A DNA stretch of 64,000 nucleotides from Thermodesulfobacteriota bacterium (GTDB taxonomy: Bacteria > Desulfobacterota_D > UBA1144 > Nemesobacterales > UBA2774). Position numbers and translations under genes: made by a program. Location of the stretch: positions 2,752,001 to 2,816,000 of the forward strand of contig OZ244197.1 of assembly GCA_965216785.1 (NCBI GenBank). Reading direction: 5' to 3'. The notes below the pieces were generated by a model. That model saw only the letters and a list, made by a program, of their open reading frames with translations. It was not told where the DNA came from and did not search any database. Below, in pieces: positions 19,153-28,030 of this stretch. The number at the start of each line of letters is the position of its first letter. Position 1 is the stretch's first letter.

Positions 19153-19848
19153 TTAGGAAGGCTTCTTTTTCATGACAATAGGAAACACGCACTTCGGGGC
19201 GCCGTAGCCCTGGGTTTGGTAGCGGGATTTGTCGAAGGTGAAACCGTGTTTTTCCGGCTCTACCATGTCAAACCACAGTGAGTCCAGCTGGCAGAGAATG
19301 GGGGTGAGAAAAGCAGCGTCGTGTGAAGAGAAGAAATTAAAGTAATAGCAGTTCTGAATCTCAAGAGAGAAACCGTCTTGGTGCTCCGTCTCTGTGTGTA
19401 CAGCTGTCCAATCAAAAGTTGTTCCGTATTGCTCCATGAGCCAGCTGAAAATATCTTTTAGACGGTCAGGGTTATTTTTACACGCCGCAAGCATGAGGGT
19501 CAGAGACGTGCGCATCGATATATCATTAATGCCATTCATCATTGCGGTTGAAATAAACTCATATGTAGATTCTTTAGTGCCGAGCACAGGAAGTAAATTA
19601 TTGTGTGCCGACAATATATTTGAGCATAACTCGAGGTGGCCGTGAGAGGGAGCATCTATAACGGTGGAAGCGTTCGCCTGCTCAATCTCCTTGGATTCTT
19701 TTTTTATGGACTCGATCATTGAACCCGTATCAATACCGAGATTATTTATCTCTGACTTAAGTCCTGAAATGAATTTTGCAGAGGCTACATGACCGAATAC
19801 GTAGTGTTTTAGGAAATCGCCGATATCTGACAAGGTGTACCCCCCCAA
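19153..19848 (-). CDS. L-2-amino-thiazoline-4-carboxylate hydrolase-like protein
   Basis: C-terminal NCYYFNFF...LCQLD..W...TQGYGAPKCVF three-Cys pattern; TTG start uncertain. Confidence 0.6.
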   Translation of the reverse strand: MGGYTLSDIGDFLKHYVFGHVASAKFISGLKSEINNLGIDTGSMIESIKKESKEIEQANASTVIDAPSHGHLELCSNILSAHNNLLPVLGTKESTYEFISTAMMNGINDISMRTSLTLMLAACKNNPDRLKDIFSWLMEQYGTTFDWTAVHTETEHQDGFSLEIQNCYYFNFFSSHDAAFLTPILCQLDSLWFDMVEPEKHGFTFDKSRYQTQGYGAPKCVFPIVMKKKPS

Positions 19849-19958
19849 TCAGAGAAATTGTGATTATGTTAATAAAGATTATTGCAGAACTTAGTATTTA
19901 TTTCCAGTAGCTTGCTATTAAGACTTAACTGTAAAGGTTAGTTCTTATAACTTCTTTT

Positions 19959-20310
19959 GAGTGATCACACACGAAGTGTGACTTACTAAAAGATTGCAAA
20001 AATCACCGACTGGACACTCACAAAGTGAGTTTTTAGAAATGTACCTAAATAACGGGGCTAATTTCGGACAGCATAACGTTATGTAGAAATCGAATGTCTG
20101 CACGCACAGCGTGTACGCTAAAAGTTCAATATTCTGGCTAAACCTTATAATTCTACCCACACCCCGTATAAGGTTTTTAACGCGGACACAGAGTGTCCTT
20201 CATTCGGTTTCTGCATAGCTTATGAAGCAGGGTAAACAGATGAGGTTCTTATGGACTCCATAAGTAATTGAGAAACAGTCTGCCTGCGGGCGCTGCCCGC
20301 ACTTTCTTAA
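19959..20310 (+). ncRNA. Candidate large structured RNA of unknown family
   Basis: About ten consecutive stems, with G-T pairs readable as G-U only on the + strand; TATAAC at 19946-19951 just upstream; no credible ORF. Confidence 0.5.
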
Positions 20311-20378
20311 CGCTATTTATGTATGTCGGAGTACTCTCACACTTCGGCAAGCTCAGTGTAAAAGGGTTTAAAATCACT

Positions 20379-20885
20379 CTATATCCCGCCTCTTACCAGT
20401 AATACCGCAAGGGCAATAACAAGGATGGCCAGAATAAAATTAATCCGCCCCAACCAAGAGGTCATTTTTCTATATTTTCTACTTTCAGAGGACTTGGGAT
20501 CACCTCTCATGAGAGCGACCGCCCTTGGCCCAATCCAGAAATCATGGACCACGCTAATGAGGAGGATAAGCACCACCAGAATAAGCTTTTGAAGCAATAC
20601 GTGTCCGAACGAGCCCGCGAAAATCCTGCCGCTCAAGAAATCTGAAAGACCGAAACCTCGAAACGCAAGGTTCACGATTCCTGTAAGCACGAGCAGAAAA
20701 AGGGATATCCACCCCACTGTGCGGAAGCGGCGTCCGATCTTTAGAAAAAGCTTTGAGAATATGCTTTGGTACTCCGGGCTCCGAAGTACCGGAACGAGAA
20801 CGAGTATGAGGAAAAACATACCGCCAACCCAGACAATGGAGGAAATGATGTGAAGCCAGACAGAGGCGAGATAAAGGATTTGCAT
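20379..20885 (-). CDS. CopD/DUF4149-like membrane protein
   Basis: WLHIISSIVWVGGM, LTGIVN, K..LV..ILLISVVHDFWIGP motifs. Confidence 0.75.
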   Translation of the reverse strand: MQILYLASVWLHIISSIVWVGGMFFLILVLVPVLRSPEYQSIFSKLFLKIGRRFRTVGWISLFLLVLTGIVNLAFRGFGLSDFLSGRIFAGSFGHVLLQKLILVVLILLISVVHDFWIGPRAVALMRGDPKSSESRKYRKMTSWLGRINFILAILVIALAVLLVRGGI

Positions 20886-20969
20886 TATATTTAATTACAC
20901 CGCTTTTCGAATTTCAGCTACGAACCATACATGTAGAATGTTGTATATTCAAAGGTTAAATATTTTTGT

Positions 20970-21045
20970 GGACTCCCGGCAAATACAATCGGGAATGATA
21001 ATTTATCACCCCCACCTTTAATCCTCCCCCGTCAAGGGGGAGGAG
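20970..21045. repeat. REP-like palindromes
   Basis: GGACTCCCG...CGGGAATGA (20970-21000) followed by ATCACCCCCACCTTTAATCCTCCCCC-GTCAA-GGGGGAGGAG (21005-21045). Confidence 0.65.
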
Positions 21046-21059
21046 TTTAAAATATGAAA

Positions 21060-23069
21060 TTATTGACTAAAGTCGGCTATGTGCTCAGCCGTCTCAAGGG
21101 CTTTGACTTCAACTGAGAACTCTTTTAGCGGCTTGCCTTCCAATTTAAACGCTTGTATGGTGACGTCATACGAGCCCGGAATTAATATGAACTCTTTTGG
21201 GTTACCCTTTTGTTTCAAACCCGTGCGTCCCTGGGCAATCTGTTCACCCGTCCTCGCGTCTTTGATTATAACAATGCTATCTATCAGGGTCTCACCCGCC
21301 GTAGCGCCGACTTTTAATATCCCGCTTGAGAACTGCGCCGTATGCTCAATAGTCTCGCCGCCCTTGATCTCGATACCGTTAAACTCTTCTGAGGGCTTAC
21401 CTTGTACTTTTACGGCCGTGACTTTAACGTCATACACCCCAGGAACAAGATCAAATACCTTAGGGTTTGATTTCGAGCTTACGTAGGTTCGTCCCTGGGT
21501 TATTTTCTCACCGGTTTTTGAATCCGTAATAGTGACTAAGGCGTCTACAAATTTTTCACCTTCTCTGGCGCCTATCTTTATTTGCCCGCTTGAGAACTGC
21601 GCGGTCCTCTCAACGGTCTCAGAAGCCTTAATTTCAATACCGCTCATTTCCTGAGAAGGCTGATTCGTTATCTTTACCGCCGTAACGATTACATCATAAA
21701 CACCGGGGCTAAGCTCAAAGACCCTAGGGTTTGTTTTTGAGCTTATGTACGTGCGCCCCTGAGCGACCTGCTCGCCGGTATCGGGATTTTTAACCTGGAT
21801 ACGGGCATCAACAAACTTTTCTCCTTTAAGAGCGCCAACCTTTAGCGTTCCGCTCGAGAAATCAATGAGTTGTTCGAGCGTCTCACCGCTCTGTATTTCA
21901 AGGGCTTTTAAGCTGCGTGAGGGGGTGCCTTCAATTTTGATCGCGTTAACTTCAACGTCATACACACCCGGACTGAGCTTAAAAATAATAGGGTTGGTAT
22001 TGGATTTTGTATATGTGCGTCCCTTCGCGATAATCACTTCTGTTTCAGGTTTATATACTTTGACGGCTGCGTCCATTAACTTAGCGTTACTCAGTACTTT
22101 CAGGGACAGCTCGCCGAAGCTAAAATCGACTTCTTTTTCAACTACCACTCCTTCCTTTAATTCTATAGCTGAGATAGTGCGGCTCTCGACCCCTTTCATA
22201 CCCATTGGGATCACCTCAAGATCGTAGATCCCATCGGGCAGAGACATAATCCTGGGGTTCGTATTAGGTTTTGAATAGGTCCTTTGTCCTTTGAGCTCTT
22301 CGTCTGTTTGTGTGTTGGTTAATACGAGCCGCGCGTCCTGAAGTTTTCCTTCAGCAGTTACTTTTACACTGAGCTTGCCCGTGGGGAGATCGGCTGGAAT
22401 CTCCACGGCGCTGGTGAGCGCGTTTGAGAGTTCGTAGGAGTTATTGGCGCTGAAGTACAGACCTCCACCTGCTTGGGCTGCGCACTCTAGCTGTGAGACG
22501 TCTTCCTTCGATACGTCGAAACCAACTACGTGCATGATGAAATTGACGCCGGCTTCCTTTGCTTCCTTTACCGCTTTACACGGATCACCGCCGCAGGTCT
22601 CTATGCCGTCGCTTACGAGAATTACAGTAACGGCGTCTTCGGTCGCCCGGACTGACTCAAAAGCCTTTAGCACCGAGTCAGTTATCGGTGTCTTACCCTT
22701 TGGATTTAGGGCCTCGATTTTTTCATTCAGAGCCTCTTTATCGATAGGACCGATCTCAACAATTGTCTCTATGTCTTTACAATCACCCTTTTGCCTGTGG
22801 CCGTAGGCGATGAGCCCGACTTCAGTGCCTTCGGGCAGCTCGCCCGTTATATCCTTAAGCACGCTCTTTGCAATACTGATTTTGTTTTCGCCATTGATCT
22901 GGCCCCACATGGAGCCCGAGGCATCGAGTATCAAAAGCAGCTTGCCCGACGAGGGGGCGTCTGGGGTTTGGGCAAAGGTGCTTGAGGATATACCGTTTAA
23001 TGTGAACGATAATATTAGTAACAAGAGGTAGGTCACGTAGACATTACTGCGGAATGATATTGTAATCAT
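21060..23069 (-). CDS. Exported VWA-domain protein with five tandem 88-aa repeats
   Basis: MIDAS motif DASGSM, GKTPI, LVSDGIETCGGDPC. Repeats carry GRTY..NP..F.L.PG.YDV with a 264-nt period. GGAGGA SD before ATG 23069. Confidence 0.85.
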   Translation of the reverse strand: MITISFRSNVYVTYLLLLILSFTLNGISSSTFAQTPDAPSSGKLLLILDASGSMWGQINGENKISIAKSVLKDITGELPEGTEVGLIAYGHRQKGDCKDIETIVEIGPIDKEALNEKIEALNPKGKTPITDSVLKAFESVRATEDAVTVILVSDGIETCGGDPCKAVKEAKEAGVNFIMHVVGFDVSKEDVSQLECAAQAGGGLYFSANNSYELSNALTSAVEIPADLPTGKLSVKVTAEGKLQDARLVLTNTQTDEELKGQRTYSKPNTNPRIMSLPDGIYDLEVIPMGMKGVESRTISAIELKEGVVVEKEVDFSFGELSLKVLSNAKLMDAAVKVYKPETEVIIAKGRTYTKSNTNPIIFKLSPGVYDVEVNAIKIEGTPSRSLKALEIQSGETLEQLIDFSSGTLKVGALKGEKFVDARIQVKNPDTGEQVAQGRTYISSKTNPRVFELSPGVYDVIVTAVKITNQPSQEMSGIEIKASETVERTAQFSSGQIKIGAREGEKFVDALVTITDSKTGEKITQGRTYVSSKSNPKVFDLVPGVYDVKVTAVKVQGKPSEEFNGIEIKGGETIEHTAQFSSGILKVGATAGETLIDSIVIIKDARTGEQIAQGRTGLKQKGNPKEFILIPGSYDVTIQAFKLEGKPLKEFSVEVKALETAEHIADFSQ

Positions 23070-23156
23070 CGAGAAAGTCCTCCAACCGGATTTTATATTG
23101 TATTGAATTGGAATTCTACACAAAAAAATTGGTAATTAAAAAAGGAGAAAGAATAA

Positions 23157-24101
23157 TCAGCCGGTTTTGAGTAGTTTTGGGGGGAACTTTTTTAGGTTCT
23201 CTACCAATTTGAACACTGATAGATGGTGTAAACGTGACTGAAAATAAAGATCTAAGAGAAGACGCCAGGAGATGGCCGGTTTTGCCGCTAGATAGACAGG
23301 CTTCCACTCAGGTCCGAACTTATTTTTGAAGTCGTAAAGACCCTTGTAATTAAAAGAGTGCATCATTAAGCGCCTTGATCTAAAGATTAGCGCTTTAGCA
23401 TAAGTCTTGGATTGACAGGGCACGGAATCTTCTGAGTCTGTAGAGATAAACGGTACCTCGCCAAGGCTCAGGTGTGTAAACCCCTCATCTTTGAGTACGC
23501 TCATTACAGAGACAAAAAGGGATTCCATAACACCCACCGGTGCGTTTTTTCTTCTTAAAATGGTTTCTGTATGCGTATAAGACTCGTCTTGAACGGATAG
23601 TGTGAGCGCGCCGAGCCATTGGCCTTCACTCGTTTCCAAAACAAAACATCTGGTACTCTGCTCAAAACCCGTTCTGTACAGATTGGATAGCTTGGGCTCC
23701 GGGGCATGAGCGCTATCAAGCGCTAGCCTGGAAACTTTATTAATGTAGAATTCCGAGTACGGAGCTTCACGGACGAAGCCGTGACGCCCTCCCCGCCTGG
23801 CAAGCTCTAATACCGAGCGTTTGAGACCAGAGGGGTTATTTAAATCAACTACCGCTTCCGCACCAGTCCTGACTACGTCCGCTCCACGGTCTTTTAAATA
23901 CTCGGCGGACCCTGCGCTAACTCCACGAATTACGAAGCCTGGGAAATCTGTGATCAAATCGCTGAAGAAATCTTCATTTGAGTAGTGAACGGGTATTTCG
24001 GCTGTTGATATCCAGTAGAGTCCTGATAGGGGAAGGTGTAGTGAGTTGAAGTTTGGATACTCTATTTTTTTCCTGCACCAGCTGAGGGGTAGTCTGTTCA
24101 T
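23157..24101 (-). CDS. Stand-alone DUF2156 / MprF C-terminal (aminoacyl-tRNA-dependent transferase) domain protein
   Basis: RR..APVGVMESLF, LSLGEVP, FNYKGLYDFKNKFGPEWKPVYL motifs; no transmembrane flippase part. Confidence 0.75.
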   Translation of the reverse strand: MNRLPLSWCRKKIEYPNFNSLHLPLSGLYWISTAEIPVHYSNEDFFSDLITDFPGFVIRGVSAGSAEYLKDRGADVVRTGAEAVVDLNNPSGLKRSVLELARRGGRHGFVREAPYSEFYINKVSRLALDSAHAPEPKLSNLYRTGFEQSTRCFVLETSEGQWLGALTLSVQDESYTHTETILRRKNAPVGVMESLFVSVMSVLKDEGFTHLSLGEVPFISTDSEDSVPCQSKTYAKALIFRSRRLMMHSFNYKGLYDFKNKFGPEWKPVYLAAKPAISWRLLLDLYFQSRLHHLSVFKLVENLKKFPPKLLKTG

Positions 24102-24289
24102 GACGACAAGTTACTAATGAATAGATTTGAGTATGAAATATACTTGAAGTTACGGGTAAATCTACTGATGGGCCAATAAAGGAACTTTATTCTCAAGCTC
24201 AAATTTCTTTCTCTGATAACAATATATGAGGTAAATTATAAGAAAGTGGAGATCAACGGTGCTGATCAAATAAAGAGAGGGAGAATAAA

Positions 24290-24859
24290 ATGAAAACGAA
24301 CGCTTATTTATTCATATTTATTACTATATTTGCTATAACTTTATTCTCATGCGGCGGGGATAATGAAGGAGATCAGAGCCAGGAGACTTTTACAAACCCA
24401 TTTCAGTACTGTAAAGCTGTAGGCAGCGTGGATGAGCCGGGCGAGAACTACACTGGGGAGAAGGTGCCTACTTATATTGCCGAGCAGTTGAAGGAAGAGT
24501 TCGGTGCTCCGGAGTCGGCCCCGGTGGACGTATTTGTTAGAGGTACGTACTGGCGTTGTATGGACGGGAGCGTTTATGCGTGTAACGTAGGAGCTAACCT
24601 ACCCTGCCAGGAAAAGGCCGACGTGAGCAAAGAGCCGAACGAAGGGATGATAAATTACTGTAAGGAAAACCCTGACGCGGAATTCATTCCCGCCTTCGCG
24701 CAGGGGCGCACTACGGTTTATGAATGGAAGTGCAAGGGTAGTGAGCCTGAGATTGTAAAGCAGGTTATAGACACAGACGCTGCCGGGTATCAGAAGAACT
24801 TCTGGTACAAGATTAAACCGCCTGAGGATATAGACCAAAGGGATATACTAAGAGAATAA
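24290..24859 (+). CDS. Cys-rich hypothetical lipoprotein
   Basis: Lipobox LFSC; PFQYC, WRCMDG.VYACNVGANLPC, YEWKC; GAGGGAG SD. Confidence 0.7.
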   Translation: MKTNAYLFIFITIFAITLFSCGGDNEGDQSQETFTNPFQYCKAVGSVDEPGENYTGEKVPTYIAEQLKEEFGAPESAPVDVFVRGTYWRCMDGSVYACNVGANLPCQEKADVSKEPNEGMINYCKENPDAEFIPAFAQGRTTVYEWKCKGSEPEIVKQVIDTDAAGYQKNFWYKIKPPEDIDQRDILRE

Positions 24860-24880
24860 ACCTGCAGACCGAGTCTTAAA

Positions 24881-25591
24881 ATGAGCAGAAGCCAGAGAAG
24901 GCCCGTAGCCATAATAGGCGCTATGGACGAAGAGATTGATCTATTTTTAAAACACTCCAAAGTTAGCCGTGAGCACGACTGGAATTACTTTACCTTCAGA
25001 GAGACTGAGCTTGAGGAGACTAGAGTAATTATTGTAAAATCGGGAGTGGGCAAAGTTTTTGCGGCAATGATAAGTGAGAAGCTTATAGATGAATATAACC
25101 CACGGAGCGTTATATTAACCGGAGTCGCCGGCTCACTTAACACAGAGCTTGAAATAGGGGATGTCGTTATAAGCACAGACTGTATTCAGCACGACCTGGA
25201 CGCTCAGGCTCTGGGGTTTATGCGGGGAGCGATACCATACACGGAGCACAGAGTATTCACTGCTGACCCGGGCTTAAGAAAGTCGGCGCTTAAAACGAGG
25301 CTAAGGGGTAACAAGGTAATTACCGGGAGGATACTAACAGGAGACCAGTTCATTACAAAGCATGAGATGAAGGACCATAAATATTTGGTAGACGAGCTCA
25401 GAGGAGACGCTATCGAGATGGAGGGAGGCGCTGTGGCTCAGGTATGCGCCATTAACAGTGTGCCGTTCTTAATTGTTAGAACCGTTTCTGACAGAGCGGA
25501 CGGAACTGCCGCTGAAGACTTTAACAAGTTCATGCCGACAGTGGCCAAGAACTCATATAACGTTGTGAAAACCGTTCTTAGAAGTTTATAA
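24881..25591 (+). CDS. mtnN: 5'-methylthioadenosine/S-adenosylhomocysteine nucleosidase
   Basis: IIGAMDEE, SGVGKVFAA, TGDQF, EMEGGAVAQV, RTVSD motifs. Confidence 0.92.
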   Translation: MSRSQRRPVAIIGAMDEEIDLFLKHSKVSREHDWNYFTFRETELEETRVIIVKSGVGKVFAAMISEKLIDEYNPRSVILTGVAGSLNTELEIGDVVISTDCIQHDLDAQALGFMRGAIPYTEHRVFTADPGLRKSALKTRLRGNKVITGRILTGDQFITKHEMKDHKYLVDELRGDAIEMEGGAVAQVCAINSVPFLIVRTVSDRADGTAAEDFNKFMPTVAKNSYNVVKTVLRSL

Positions 25592-25665
25592 TCCCTTCAA
25601 ATAATAAGACCTATACTGATTTAACTATGGACTGTAAACGGTCTTAAACACTGAACTATTGCTAC

Positions 25666-26655
25666 TTATTTGCGTTTAAGAACATTTTTTACGGCTTTGG
25701 TTATTCCATCAGAGCTGAGACCGAATTTTTTCATAAGCTGCTCTGGCTCGCCCGATTCTCCGAAGCGGTCCATTATGGCAACATATTCCATAGGTACGGG
25801 ATGATTGAGGGAGAGAACCTCGGCTACAGCGCTTCCCAGGCCCCCATGTACCTGGTGCTCCTCGGCAGTGACTATAGCTCCGGTTTCCTTAGCAGCTTTA
25901 ATGACTGTTTTTTGATCCAGGGGTTTTATGGTGTGGGAGTTGATTACACGCACGTCTATGCCTTCAGAGGACAGGTTTTCCGCCGCAACCAGGGCTTCGT
26001 AAACGAGCGAGCCGCACGCAATAACCGTAACGTCTTCGCCCTCCCTGTAGGTTTCGGCCCTTCCGATCTTAAAGGGAGTTTTCTCGCTTGTAATTACAGG
26101 GACATTCTCTCTGCCAAAGCGCATATAAAACGGCTCTTCTATCCCGGCCATCTGTATAGCAGCTTTTTTTGTCTCCCAATAATCGCAGGGGACTATGACA
26201 TTTAGGTTTGGAAGCACTCTGGTGATAGCGATATCCTCAAGAGCCTGGTGTGTGGCGCCGTCAGGACCTACGGAAATGCCCGCGTGCGCGCCCATGATCT
26301 TTACGTTGGCCATGCTGTAGCAGATACTCACCCGTATCTGGTCCCAGTTCCTGCCGGGGCTGAAGGTGGCATAGGAGGACATATAGGGAACCTTGCCCGA
26401 AAACGCCAGACCTGCGGATATACCGGCCATATTCTGCTCGGCTATGCCGACTTCAATGAATCGCTCGGGGTACTTCGCTTCAAACTTGGCGGAGCGGGTG
26501 GATTCGGTAAGGTCGCAGCACAGTACGACAACGTTCTCGTCCGCGTCTCCAGCCTCTACGACACCGTCCCCGTAGCCGTTACGTTGAGGAATTTGCTCAG
26601 GGGTATCGAAGATATTTCCTGCCAGGTGCATTTTTTTGTTTAGTTTATCACTCAT
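25666..26655 (-). CDS. Transketolase, C-terminal subunit
   Basis: GIAEQNM, GPDGATHQ, EEH...GGLGSAV motifs; ATG 26655 overlaps the upstream stop. Confidence 0.9.
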   Translation of the reverse strand: MSDKLNKKMHLAGNIFDTPEQIPQRNGYGDGVVEAGDADENVVVLCCDLTESTRSAKFEAKYPERFIEVGIAEQNMAGISAGLAFSGKVPYMSSYATFSPGRNWDQIRVSICYSMANVKIMGAHAGISVGPDGATHQALEDIAITRVLPNLNVIVPCDYWETKKAAIQMAGIEEPFYMRFGRENVPVITSEKTPFKIGRAETYREGEDVTVIACGSLVYEALVAAENLSSEGIDVRVINSHTIKPLDQKTVIKAAKETGAIVTAEEHQVHGGLGSAVAEVLSLNHPVPMEYVAIMDRFGESGEPEQLMKKFGLSSDGITKAVKNVLKRK

Positions 26656-27505
26656 GTTCGCATTTGATCTTACCGCCCAGGGAGCGGAGCTCGGCAAGAG
26701 CCTTGCGGGCTTCCTCTTTATTGGGCGGCTTTCCGTGCCACTCGGGCTTGAACTCCATGAAATCTACCCCTTTCCCCGGTATCGTGTGCGCAAGTAAAAC
26801 CGTAGGTTTTTCAAATATATCCTGCGCTTCTTTAAACGACTCGATAAGCGTTCTTATATCGTGCCCGCCCGTCTCGATGACATGAAAATTAAACGATGCG
26901 AGCTTGTCCTTTAGAGGCTCAAGGGGCATTACTTCTTCCGTAAAACCGTCAATCTGGATATTGTTCCTGTCTATTATGAGGGTGAAATTGTGCAGGCGGT
27001 TTTTGCCGACAAACATGAGGGCTTCCCATATCTGCCCCTCATCCATCTCACCGTCGCCGATCATGCAGTACACCCTGTTGCGTCTGCCGTTAATCTTGTC
27101 CGCCATAGCCATACCGGCCGCGATCGAAATACCCTGGGCGAGCGGACCGCCCGAGGCTTCAAGCCCCGGAAGAGTGCCCCTGTGGGGATGACCCTGGAGT
27201 CTTGAGCCTAGCTTTCTGAGCGTAAGGATCTCTTCTTTGGGGAAGTAGCCTGCTTCCGCAAGGGTCGCGTATAGCACGGGGCAGATGTGAGCGTTACTTA
27301 AAACGAACCTGTCCCTTTCTTCCCACTCAGGGTTCTTGGGGTCGTGCTTCATTATGTGGAAATAGAGCGTCGCGAAGATGTCCGCCGTACCCAAAGCGCC
27401 CGCGGAATGGCCTGACCCCGCCTCGACGAGCATCTTTATGATGTCCTCACGGATGTGGTTTGCCATGTCTTCGATGTAATTTATCTGCTCATCGGTTACG
27501 CCCAA
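26648..27505 (-). CDS. Transketolase, N-terminal subunit
   Basis: SGHS, RDRFVLS, LQGHP, TPP-binding GDGE..EG..WE, TIPGKG, WHGK motifs; TTG start after GAGG inferred. Confidence 0.9.
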   Translation of the reverse strand: MGVTDEQINYIEDMANHIREDIIKMLVEAGSGHSAGALGTADIFATLYFHIMKHDPKNPEWEERDRFVLSNAHICPVLYATLAEAGYFPKEEILTLRKLGSRLQGHPHRGTLPGLEASGGPLAQGISIAAGMAMADKINGRRNRVYCMIGDGEMDEGQIWEALMFVGKNRLHNFTLIIDRNNIQIDGFTEEVMPLEPLKDKLASFNFHVIETGGHDIRTLIESFKEAQDIFEKPTVLLAHTIPGKGVDFMEFKPEWHGKPPNKEEARKALAELRSLGGKIKCEHE

Positions 27506-27601
27506 GCGCTTTACCTCGCATAGTGGAGTCAGTGGCTTAATATAATATAAATTCTGTGGGAATGCCAAATATATTTATGATGCGCAGACTGGAAATGGGT
27601 T

Positions 27602-28030
27602 TTAATCTATGTTCTTTTTCATTGAGAGGATATTTCGGTTGTTTTCTCTTCTGTACTCAAGCGCGTCCATGTAGTGCCGGACAAGGTGAATGCCGAGACC
27701 GCCTATGGGGCGCTCTTCTATGGACGCGTCTAAGTCAGGGGGCTCCTGCTCAAGCGGGTTAAATGCCTTGCCGTCGTCCTCAACCTCAATCTCAAGCCCA
27801 CCGTCTATACGAACGATCCTTACTACTATAATATGCTCGTGATCGTCCTCATAGCCGTAGGACATGATATTGGCGACGACCTCTTCAAGAGAGAGGTTCA
27901 GGGCAAATAATATTTGTTGGGAATGGCCTGAGCTCTCGCAATATTCTGTTATCTCTTGTGAAAGTCTTCCAAGCTCTGACAGATCGTTCTTAAGCTCAAG
28001 AGTTATATCTTTATTCATATCCGGACTCAT
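27602..28030 (-). CDS. Anti-sigma factor / Ser-Thr kinase (RsbW-like HATPase)
   Basis: EEVVANIMSYGY, EDDGKAFNP, GGLGIHLV motifs. Confidence 0.9.
   Translation of the reverse strand: MSPDMNKDITLELKNDLSELGRLSQEITEYCESSGHSQQILFALNLSLEEVVANIMSYGYEDDHEHIIVVRIVRIDGGLEIEVEDDGKAFNPLEQEPPDLDASIEERPIGGLGIHLVRHYMDALEYRRENNRNILSMKKNID

Noticed and set aside
20071-20084. GCATAAC-GTTATGT resembling integron attC core sites
   Set aside because: The two cores abut with no L boxes or spacer, and there is no integrase or cassette array.
19945-20160. 71-aa Cys-containing ORF on the - strand
   Set aside because: GTG start without a clear SD, no recognisable motif, and the region is better explained by nucleic-acid secondary structure.
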